Part shown: piece after piece, positions 17,650 to 24,685 of the stretch
How positions within the stretch are numbered: the first letter of the stretch is position 1
Layout: every line of letters starts with the position of its first letter
From: a virus
Lineage: Duplodnaviria > Caudoviricetes
Direction: 5' to 3' (one strand)
Virus record (IMG/VR): IMGVR_UViG_3300034025_000011
Location: 1 to 39,468 of that record
Length of the DNA stretch: 39,468 nucleotides
Program-made: the position numbers and the translations under genes
The notes under the pieces: generated by a model
Seen by the model: the letters and a program-made list of their open reading frames with translations, nothing else
Database searches by the model: none
What the model was told of the DNA's origin: nothing

Positions 17650-18306
17650 ATGAAAGAACGCCCAATCCTTTTCAACGCCGCCATGATTCGCGCCATCCTG
17701 GCAGGTCAGAAGACGCAGACGCGCCGTATCGTCAAACAGTTAGATCCGAGCATGGGCGCGTGCACAAAAGATTTGCATGGCAATCCAATGTCGGTTTGCT
17801 GGGCTTATGGTGGCGCGGTTATTCACTGCCCCTACGGCCAGCCTGGCGACCGCCTGTGGGTGCGCGAGACGTTTCAGGGGCCGCTGTGGGATGGCGACTT
17901 CACCGATAAGCCTGCTGACCCCCATTCCGCTAAATATTGCGTCTACAAGGCAGATGGCGGCCCGATGCCGGAATATGTGGACGGTGACGACAACCTCTGC
18001 CAAGGCTGGCGCCCTAGCATCCACATGCCGCGCTGGGCCAGCCGCATCCTGCTAGAAATCGTTTCGGTTCGCGTCGAACGGCTGAACGATATCAGCGAGG
18101 CCGATGCGCGCGCCGAGGGCGTGCAAGCTGACCGCGCCGGAGGATTCTATATTGATACCACCGATGCGCGTCACGCCACACCGGTAGGCGCTTCGCCGAT
18201 AGTCGCGTTTCAGTCGCTGTGGGAATCAATCAATGGCGCCGGTAGCTGGGGCGTCAATCCATGGGTGTGGGTAGTCGAGTTTAAGAGGATTGAGGCTGAT
18301 GCATGA
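17650..18306 (+). CDS. ASCH/PUA-like phage protein
   Basis: 'MKERPILF..GQKTQTRR', 'PYGQPGDRLWVRE', 'WRPSIHMPRWASRI', 'NPWVWVVEF'. Confidence 0.85.
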   Translation: MKERPILFNAAMIRAILAGQKTQTRRIVKQLDPSMGACTKDLHGNPMSVCWAYGGAVIHCPYGQPGDRLWVRETFQGPLWDGDFTDKPADPHSAKYCVYKADGGPMPEYVDGDDNLCQGWRPSIHMPRWASRILLEIVSVRVERLNDISEADARAEGVQADRAGGFYIDTTDARHATPVGASPIVAFQSLWESINGAGSWGVNPWVWVVEFKRIEADA

Positions 18307-18503
18307 AATGCCTTGAATGCCAGGCGCTCAACCTGCGCAAGGTGACGCGTCAGCAAGCGGCGCACGAACATGGCTACTGTGACGCCTTAGAGCGTTACAG
18401 CATGTTCCTGCGCTCAGAACGGGCGTGCGACAAGTTCAGCCAGGCGCCAGAGGAAGGAGTGGCCAAGCGGGTAGCGTGGCTGCAACAGATCAAGCGAAAA
18501 TAA
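18303..18503 (+). CDS. Small Cys-rich protein
   Basis: CxxC..C..C pattern; ATGA coupling. Confidence 0.65.
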   Translation: MKCLECQALNLRKVTRQQAAHEHGYCDALERYSMFLRSERACDKFSQAPEEGVAKRVAWLQQIKRK

Positions 18504-18586
18504 TTAAATGAATTCTTGTATTTGTTTAAAACGCTTGCTATAGTTCTAGCTATCGAAGCAAACAACACAACGGAGACAAAAACAAG

Positions 18587-18847
18587 ATGGCACTAACCAT
18601 AGTCTTTGCAGTTCTCGGCGCCTTGGCGGTGTGGTGGCTTTACAAGGCTTTCACGCTACCAAGACAACCTCTAGTAATCAATCGGCCATCAAGGCCAGCG
18701 CCAGAAGAGTTTAAGAATTTTGAGTGGGAACCGCACGAGTGCAATACAACGGTTTATATGTCAGAAGAAACAATGCAAGAATTTGAATCACTTTTGAAAG
18801 GTAGTAAAAATGGGGATGAAGCAAACGGTAAAGATGGCAAAAGCTGA
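18587..18847 (+). CDS. Membrane-anchored hypothetical protein
   Basis: GGAG RBS, N-terminal TM; extended -10 TGCTATAGT upstream. Confidence 0.65.
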   Translation: MALTIVFAVLGALAVWWLYKAFTLPRQPLVINRPSRPAPEEFKNFEWEPHECNTTVYMSEETMQEFESLLKGSKNGDEANGKDGKS

Positions 18848-18983
18848 GAAAGAGTTTAAGGCTTGGCTAAAAATGGGAGTACGGCCAAACATAGGTGAAA
18901 TTGCACGCAAACATAAACTAAGCGTAGCAGCGTTCTATCAAGCGCGCTGGTACAAAGAACTTAAATTACAGGGGGAAATATGA
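18816..18983 (+). CDS. 55-aa basic, possible HTH protein (not in ORF track)
   Basis: MKQTVKMAK...NIGEIARKHKLSVAAFYQ; ATGA overlap with the next gene. Confidence 0.55.
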   Translation: MKQTVKMAKAEKEFKAWLKMGVRPNIGEIARKHKLSVAAFYQARWYKELKLQGEI

Positions 18984-19222
18984 ATCACTATCCAGAACTT
19001 ACGTACTCGCCAGCCGCCATGCTGCTAATGGTACTGTGCATCGTTGTAGTGCTGGTCATCGTACTTGTGCTTGAGGCAAAGCGGCAGCATGAAATGCGAC
19101 TGGCTGAAATGATTGAAGAGTGCGCATATCAGAAACAACAAATGGCATTGCGTGAAAAGGCAGACCAAGAGCGCCGGGTAAAGTGGAAAGCATTTGAGAA
19201 TCAACGCCGGGGCCAAGCATGA
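18980..19222 (+). CDS. Single-TM coiled-coil protein
   Basis: Hydrophobic stretch followed by a charged helix. Confidence 0.65.
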   Translation: MNHYPELTYSPAAMLLMVLCIVVVLVIVLVLEAKRQHEMRLAEMIEECAYQKQQMALREKADQERRVKWKAFENQRRGQA

Positions 19223-19710
19223 AGAAGCCGCGTAACAAGAAATACACGCCTAAACCAGCACTTCCAGGCGGAGGGCTTCATGCGCTAGTGCGCTTGCAGA
19301 TACGTCACGAGGATAATTCGCCACTGACAAAAGAGCAGCTTGCAGACTTAGGCCTAGCCTATCACTTGTCGCTTGATGGGCTGCTGTATGGCGCTGCTGA
19401 TGAAGAAAGCTGGTCTTGCGTAGTTTGCTCGATCAACATCGCTACAGCTCTGGCTGAAATGGGAATTGGCGAGAACTGCGAGGATGAGTTTGTTCGGGCA
19501 TTAGATGGACTGTTTCGCGCAAAAATCAGAAGCATACGTACAGGAACATTCCGGCTCGATGGTGATGCTATCCAAGACGTTAAGACGGCCCTGGCTTTGC
19601 ACGACCAACAGATGCAAGTCGCAACCAAGTATGCAGTAACGGAAGCGCTACGGACGGTACAGCGGCGCGTTAAGGAAGGTAACGTTTATACGATGGAGGC
19701 TGTAGCATGA
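19219..19710 (+). CDS. Hypothetical protein
   Basis: 163 aa, coupled on both sides. Confidence 0.7.
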   Translation: MKKPRNKKYTPKPALPGGGLHALVRLQIRHEDNSPLTKEQLADLGLAYHLSLDGLLYGAADEESWSCVVCSINIATALAEMGIGENCEDEFVRALDGLFRAKIRSIRTGTFRLDGDAIQDVKTALALHDQQMQVATKYAVTEALRTVQRRVKEGNVYTMEAVA

Positions 19711-20234
19711 TTAGTTCGAAAGAAAGCATAGAAATTATTTCGGTAATAAAAGAACATTTTTCGTATGACGCATCTACTGGTATTTTTACTTACATAAAAG
19801 CAAAGAATAAATCAAATAAAAAAAATGGTGATATTGCAGGCGCTAAGTGTAGGAGAAGTATTAGGCTTCAAGTTGAAGGGATAGCCTTTCAAGCGCATAG
19901 AGTTGCATGGGCTATTAGTTATGGGGTTTGGCCTAAAAATCTAATTGACCATATAAATGGAGACTGTTTTGATAATAGGCTTTCAAACTTAAGGGAAGCT
20001 GACGTATTTGAAAATGCAAGAAATAAAAAACTACAAAAAAATAGTAAAACTGGAGTAAAGGGAGTTCAATGGATAGAAAAAAGAAATAAATATAGAGCAA
20101 AGATAGTGTTTGAAAGAAAAGTTTATGCATTAGGAGATTTTAGGACAATAGAAGAGGCTTCAAATGCATATAACAAAGCAGCTATAAATTTGCATAAAGA
20201 ATTTGCTAGGATGTCTAATCCAGGCACACACTAA
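19707..20234 (+). CDS. HNH homing endonuclease with AP2-like domain
   Basis: 'AHRVAW..IDHINGDCFDNRLSNLREA', 'TGVKGV.W'; AT-rich. Confidence 0.92.
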   Translation: MISSKESIEIISVIKEHFSYDASTGIFTYIKAKNKSNKKNGDIAGAKCRRSIRLQVEGIAFQAHRVAWAISYGVWPKNLIDHINGDCFDNRLSNLREADVFENARNKKLQKNSKTGVKGVQWIEKRNKYRAKIVFERKVYALGDFRTIEEASNAYNKAAINLHKEFARMSNPGTH

Positions 20235-20279
20235 GCCAGTGCAGCCGATGGAAATGTATTCAACGATAAAGAGGATGAT

Positions 20280-20468
20280 ATGCAGATCGAGCAATTCAAG
20301 AAAGACTTAGATAACGGTGTGCTGATATCTAAGGGGGAATGGGTGAAGCTGGTAGAGGCGGCACTGATTCTGAAAAATGCGCTAGGGTACATTCATGTAG
20401 TTTCAAATCAGTCGTCACTGGAAAAAAGTCGCGCGTATAAAGCCCTTACCGCAGTGGATAAGCTATGA
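20280..20468 (+). CDS. Hypothetical protein
   Basis: GAGG RBS, 62 aa. Confidence 0.55.
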   Translation: MQIEQFKKDLDNGVLISKGEWVKLVEAALILKNALGYIHVVSNQSSLEKSRAYKALTAVDKL

Positions 20469-20656
20469 GACAGCTAAGCATAGGGCAGAAGCTCCAGGCA
20501 ATCACGACGTTGACGCGGGCAGATGGCGTCGATCATGTTGATTTGCGTGACATTCCACAGTGGGTTCAGGCGACAGGGCCAAGGTGGGATACGACAGTTT
20601 TACCCGACCTCGCAATCGAGCGAATTACAGCGATTTATCATGAGTATTTTCTGTAA
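20465..20656 (+). CDS. Hypothetical protein
   Basis: ATGA-coupled, 63 aa. Confidence 0.55.
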   Translation: MRQLSIGQKLQAITTLTRADGVDHVDLRDIPQWVQATGPRWDTTVLPDLAIERITAIYHEYFL

Positions 20657-20773
20657 TCTGTGTTATAGTTAAGTCTGATTTGAAGCGCGATTGACTAGCG
20701 TTAAGAGCTGTTTAACTAACGCCGTGAGGCGCAGTCTCCGAAAGGAGTCGACCCCATAACATCAGGAGTCGAA

Positions 20774-21226
20774 ATGCGTAAAAACGATATAAATGATTTC
20801 AATGCCAAAGTAAGAGTTACTCCTGGATGCTGGGAATGGGTTGGGAAAAAATCGGGAGGGGGTTATGGAAGTTTTCGGAGTAATGCGGGATATACGGCGC
20901 ATCGTTATTCTTATAGCTATTACATAGGCGATATCCCTGTAGGCATGTATATTTGTCATAAGTGTGACAATCCGAGTTGCGTAAATCCCGATCATTTATT
21001 TTGCGGATCAAGTCAAGAAAATACTAATGACAAAGTTAGTAAAGGTAGGCACCCAAAAGGTGAAGATTCGGCAACTGCTAAGTTAAGCGACATTGTAGTG
21101 AGTGAAATTAGAAGCAAGTACATAAAGGGTAGTCAAGATTTTGGTACACGAGCTTTGGCTAAGATATACAATGTCTCGCATAGGCTTATTTGGAGTATTG
21201 TTGCAAATAAAGACCGTTTAATTTAG
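20774..21226 (+). CDS. HNH endonuclease with C-terminal HTH
   Basis: 'CWEW.G..GYG..AHR..ICHKCDNPSCVNPDHLF.G...N..D'. Confidence 0.92.
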   Translation: MRKNDINDFNAKVRVTPGCWEWVGKKSGGGYGSFRSNAGYTAHRYSYSYYIGDIPVGMYICHKCDNPSCVNPDHLFCGSSQENTNDKVSKGRHPKGEDSATAKLSDIVVSEIRSKYIKGSQDFGTRALAKIYNVSHRLIWSIVANKDRLI

Positions 21227-21251
21227 CGGTCTAATCGCTCGCAAGAGGCGG

Positions 21252-21368
21252 CACACATCATCAGAAGCACAGTGCCTATCGGGTAGTTGTCTTGAAATAC
21301 CTTCCGATAGAAATAGGCTCTCGGTCAAGCGATCCTAGTTGGAGTAGCGTCCAGCCTGATGATGTGTG
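21252..21368 (+). ncRNA. Multibranch structured RNA
   Basis: 13-bp perfect stem CACACATCATCAG/CTGATGATGTGTG; inner CTATCGG/CCGATAG; complementary loops CTTGA/TCAAG. Confidence 0.55.
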
Positions 21369-21546
21369 GTGAATGCGCAGGCTGATGCGCAGCAGGATGG
21401 ATCAGGTTGCGGGATCGGGGCGCGGCCCAATAGGCCTGACATAGGTGGTATGAGCAGCAGCGCCCTTCGGTGGCGCGACAAGGGAACCTGCACAAGCGCT
21501 GGATGAGTGCCACCCAGCAAGCCGGAGTTCAGCACCGGCCACCACA
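21365..21546 (+). ncRNA. tRNA-like fold with kissing loops and ~130-nt insert
   Basis: TGTGGTG/CACCACA closing stem; GCGCA/TGCGC and GCCGG/CCGGC arms; loops GCTGA/TCAGC complementary. Confidence 0.65.
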
Positions 21547-21617
21547 AGATATACGAGGAAAGCCAATATGACGAATGCCAGGGGGCGTACGTACTTGCGC
21601 GAGTAGTCGCTAGTTTT

Positions 21618-21703
21618 GCAAGGGTCATCTAGTGGCCTAGGATAGTGGTCTAGTACCTTCGGGGAATAAGCCGCAAACGCTGGTTCGAATCCAGCCCCTT
21701 GCG
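21618..21703 (+). tRNA. tRNA-like gene with 20-nt anticodon loop (isotype undetermined; Glu/Asp-like D arm)
   Basis: GCAAGGG/CCCTTGC acceptor, GCTGG-TTCGAAT-CCAGC T arm, D arm TCTAGTGGCCTAGGA; no encoded CCA. Confidence 0.75.
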
Positions 21704-21724
21704 ATTAAGATTCATGACCGATGA

Positions 21725-21952
21725 ATGGAGATTTATATGATAGTCAATGCGGGCGACGTTGTAGTTACAGAAGATTTTATCTCAATCAATAATTTTGATA
21801 TTGCAGATCCAAGTTCGCAAGCAGGCGCAGCAATTGAGGCTATTGATTGGGCGATTGAGTTGTTGCAGAAAGAAAAGACAGAAATATTTATGAAATTTAC
21901 AAAAGGTGAGCCATTAGGATTTTCCTTTGAGGTAGTAGAAGAACTGAAGTAA
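21725..21952 (+). CDS. Acidic hypothetical protein
   Basis: 75 aa; may start at the second Met after GGAG. Confidence 0.55.
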   Translation: MEIYMIVNAGDVVVTEDFISINNFDIADPSSQAGAAIEAIDWAIELLQKEKTEIFMKFTKGEPLGFSFEVVEELK

Positions 21953-21965
21953 GCAAAGAGTAGTG

Positions 21966-22063
21966 CTAGGCTCAACCGGCCACGTCCGGGTCACTTCGGT
22001 GATATCTCCAGCCCTGACAGCCGGGGCATACGTGGGAAGCTGATAACGCAATAGGGAGCCTGG
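21966..22063 (+). ncRNA. Putative structured RNA
   Basis: CTAGGCTC/GAGCCTGG, CCACGT/ACGTGG, TCAC-TTCG-GTGA, GCCCTG/CGGGGC. Confidence 0.5.
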
Positions 22064-22109
22064 CTAGAGCAGCATAGTTCGCCGAGGTAGTCGTATCCCT
22101 GTTTAGATA

Positions 22110-22146
22110 GCCGCCTGTCTTTAATTAGGCAGGCGGTTTGTTTATT
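22110..22146 (+). terminator. Intrinsic terminator
   Basis: GCCGCCTGTCT/AGGCAGGCGGT stem plus T-rich tail. Confidence 0.7.
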
Positions 22147-22165
22147 CGCCCTAAAGGAGATAAAA

Positions 22166-22354
22166 ATGGAAGAGATTAAGCAGGGAGTTTCATTGACGTT
22201 TGAAGGATTTGGTAAGAGTGCCCGTGGGCATATGGTGATTAATGGCAAGAGTGTAAAGACAGGCCGGAATATGAAAGTAGTTGAGCCTACAGTTTTTAAG
22301 GTGGTTCAGACTATACCCGATAAGGCACAACGTGTAGGCTCAATGCTAGAATAG
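22166..22354 (+). CDS. Hypothetical protein
   Basis: AAGGAG RBS, 62 aa. Confidence 0.6.
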   Translation: MEEIKQGVSLTFEGFGKSARGHMVINGKSVKTGRNMKVVEPTVFKVVQTIPDKAQRVGSMLE

Positions 22355-22408
22355 CCTTAATCGTCGCATAAACGAAACCAGCACGTAAGCTGAGACAAGG
22401 GAGTAAAG

Positions 22409-22657
22409 ATGAAAAACTATCGCAATAAAGAAGTGGTATCCGCTGCCAAGATCGCAGAGGTAAGTGGCATTCTCCAATCGAATGGAGGAACTAGCTGCGT
22501 TCTGCGCTTCGAGGATGGGACAAGCCAGCAAGAAGACTTTGCTTGGTTCATCAAGAACAATGGCGTTGTGGGGCGCTACCTTGTCAACTATGCTGATAAC
22601 ACTCGCGCTCTTGTAGTGGCTGAGACGTTTGAGAGTATGTACGAAGAGGTGCAGTGA
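22409..22657 (+). CDS. Hypothetical protein
   Basis: GGGAG RBS; coupled to terS. Confidence 0.65.
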   Translation: MKNYRNKEVVSAAKIAEVSGILQSNGGTSCVLRFEDGTSQQEDFAWFIKNNGVVGRYLVNYADNTRALVVAETFESMYEEVQ

Positions 22658-23178
22658 TGACTAAGAAGTTACCGCCTGAAGTAAGGGCGCAGTCTATTGT
22701 TGGTAGGCCGACTAAGTACAAGCCAGAGTATTGCGAAATGGGTCGTAAGTTCTGTTTGCTCGGCGCCACAGAAATTGAGATTGCCGATATGTTTGAGGTA
22801 TCGCCTGATACGATTGCTGAGTGGAAAAATGTTCATCCTGAATTTTCCGACGCCATAAAGAAGGGGAAGGCGCAGGCAGACGCTTCTGTAGCTGATCGAT
22901 TGTTTCAGCGTGCAATGGGGTATGAGCATCCAGAGGTTGATATTCGCGTAGTCAATCAAGCGATAATTCAGACTCCTATTACTAAGGTTTACGCTCCTGA
23001 TACAGCAGCGGCTATCTTTTGGCTTAAGAATCGTCAGCGAGCTAAGTGGCGAGACAAAATCGAAACCGAAGTTAGTGGGCCAGATGGAGGGCCGATTCAA
23101 ACGCTTGATGTTTCCGGACTTTCTAGTGCTGCGCTTGCTGAAATTCTGGCCGCCAAAGATGCAATTAAGTCAAACTGA
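22654..23178 (+). CDS. terS: Terminase small subunit
   Basis: 'GRPTKYKPEY', HTH, 'PDTAAAIFWLKNR..WRDK', 'GPDGGPI'. Confidence 0.92.
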   Translation: MMTKKLPPEVRAQSIVGRPTKYKPEYCEMGRKFCLLGATEIEIADMFEVSPDTIAEWKNVHPEFSDAIKKGKAQADASVADRLFQRAMGYEHPEVDIRVVNQAIIQTPITKVYAPDTAAAIFWLKNRQRAKWRDKIETEVSGPDGGPIQTLDVSGLSSAALAEILAAKDAIKSN

Positions 23179-24625
23179 TCTGCTTAACATTGAGCGTGAG
23201 TTATGCAAGCGTTCCTTGGCTCAATTCGCGCAACGCGCATGGCATGTCCTGGAGCCTGCCGCTCAGCTTAAGTGGGGGTGGGCGCTAGATGCTATTTGCC
23301 TGCACCTAGAAGCTGTGACCAATGGGGAAATTACCCGGCTTCTGATGAATGTTCCTCCTGGCTCCATGAAATCACTGCTTACAGGCGTTATCTGGCCAGC
23401 TTGGGAATGGGGGCCGCGTGGAATGCCTGAAATGCGCTATGTTGGAACCGCGCATGAAGAGACGCTTGCTATTCGCGATAGTCGAAAATGTCGCGATCTA
23501 ATCAAATCAGAGTGGTATCAGAAACTATGGCCGCTTCAATTGGCCGCTGATTTGGATGGCAAGCGAGAATTTGGCAATGTTAATAAAGGAAGTCGTCAAG
23601 CGCGCTCCTTTACCAGTATGACTGGCGTGCGTGGTGATCGAATTATTCTTGATGATCCGATTAGTGCAGACAATGCCAATTCCGAGGCAAAACTAGAGGC
23701 CGCCAAGATAGCATTCACCGAAACTCTCCCGACCCGCATTAACTCAGAAAAATCAGCAATTGTAGTTGTGATGCAGCGGCTAAATGAAAAAGATGTATCA
23801 GGCGTTATTCTAGAAAAAGGGTTGGATTACGTCCATTTACGCATCCCGATGCGCTTTGAACCAGAGAACCGATGTGTCACTTCTATTGGCTGGTCCGATC
23901 CTCGCACGCAAGAAGGTGAGTTGATGTTTCCAGAACGGTTTGGTGAGGCGCAAGTATCGGAACTTGAGAAAACATTGGGATCATATGGCGCGGCTGGTCA
24001 ATTGCAACAACGACCAGCGCCACGAGGTGGAGGCATTCTAAAGAATGAATGGTTCAAGTATTACAGTGTATTGCCTAGACTTGAGTGGCGAACTATTCAT
24101 GCTGATACCGCACAGAAAACAGGCCAGGAAAACGATTACTCTGTATTCCAGTGCTGGGGGCGATCAACTGTAGGGGAAGCTGTGCTCATTGACCAAATAC
24201 GTGGAAAATGGGAGGCGCCGGAGCTGTTAGTGCAAGCTCGATCATTTTGGCTTAAGCACTTGAACATGACCTGCAATGGCGCGGTTTTAAGAGCAATGCT
24301 TGTCGAAGATAAGGCATCAGGTACTGGTTTAGTGCAAACGCTTCGACGTGAAGGCGTTCCGGTTCTGCCCGTGCAGCGCAATAACGATAAGATATCCAGA
24401 GCGCATGATGCTGCGCCATTTATCCAAAGTGGCAATGTTCTACTTCCGATAGATGCCCCTTGGATATCTGATTTCTTGGCGGAAGCTTCCACATTTCCAG
24501 GCGGTGCGCATGATGATCAACTTGATCCATTATTCGATGCCATCAAGGTTGTGCAAAACTATCCTGCCGCACAAAAGCAGCATGTATCAGTCGCGCCAAT
24601 GACGTCGCATTGGAATAAGCGCTAA
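23159..24625 (+). CDS. terL: Terminase large subunit (probable start MQLSQTD)
   Basis: 'NVPPGSMKS', 'IILDDP', 'DTA', 'NDYSV', 'VEDKASG', 'HDDQLD'. Confidence 0.95.
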   Translation: MQLSQTDLLNIERELCKRSLAQFAQRAWHVLEPAAQLKWGWALDAICLHLEAVTNGEITRLLMNVPPGSMKSLLTGVIWPAWEWGPRGMPEMRYVGTAHEETLAIRDSRKCRDLIKSEWYQKLWPLQLAADLDGKREFGNVNKGSRQARSFTSMTGVRGDRIILDDPISADNANSEAKLEAAKIAFTETLPTRINSEKSAIVVVMQRLNEKDVSGVILEKGLDYVHLRIPMRFEPENRCVTSIGWSDPRTQEGELMFPERFGEAQVSELEKTLGSYGAAGQLQQRPAPRGGGILKNEWFKYYSVLPRLEWRTIHADTAQKTGQENDYSVFQCWGRSTVGEAVLIDQIRGKWEAPELLVQARSFWLKHLNMTCNGAVLRAMLVEDKASGTGLVQTLRREGVPVLPVQRNNDKISRAHDAAPFIQSGNVLLPIDAPWISDFLAEASTFPGGAHDDQLDPLFDAIKVVQNYPAAQKQHVSVAPMTSHWNKR

Positions 24626-24685
24626 TGACAAGAGGCATCAATAAGAGATACACTATCGCAAATTACCTAACTCAAGGCCGTAACT

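Noticed and set aside
20236-20279. 'DGNVF' after the HNH resembling 'EGNVY' at the end of the upstream gene (insertion scar)
   Set aside because: Match too short to distinguish from chance.
21356-21362. CTGATGA as a hammerhead ribozyme core
   Set aside because: It is sequestered in a 13-bp stem and I found no correctly placed stem II-GAAA-NUH.
21325-21628. Minus-strand ORFs across the RNA cluster
   Set aside because: Against local gene polarity, no RBS, atypical composition; RNA structure explains the region better.
21649-21655. Amber suppressor tRNA (CTA) or stop-codon recoding
   Set aside because: CTA is not centred in a 7-nt loop, and genes read normally in the standard code with TAG used as stop.
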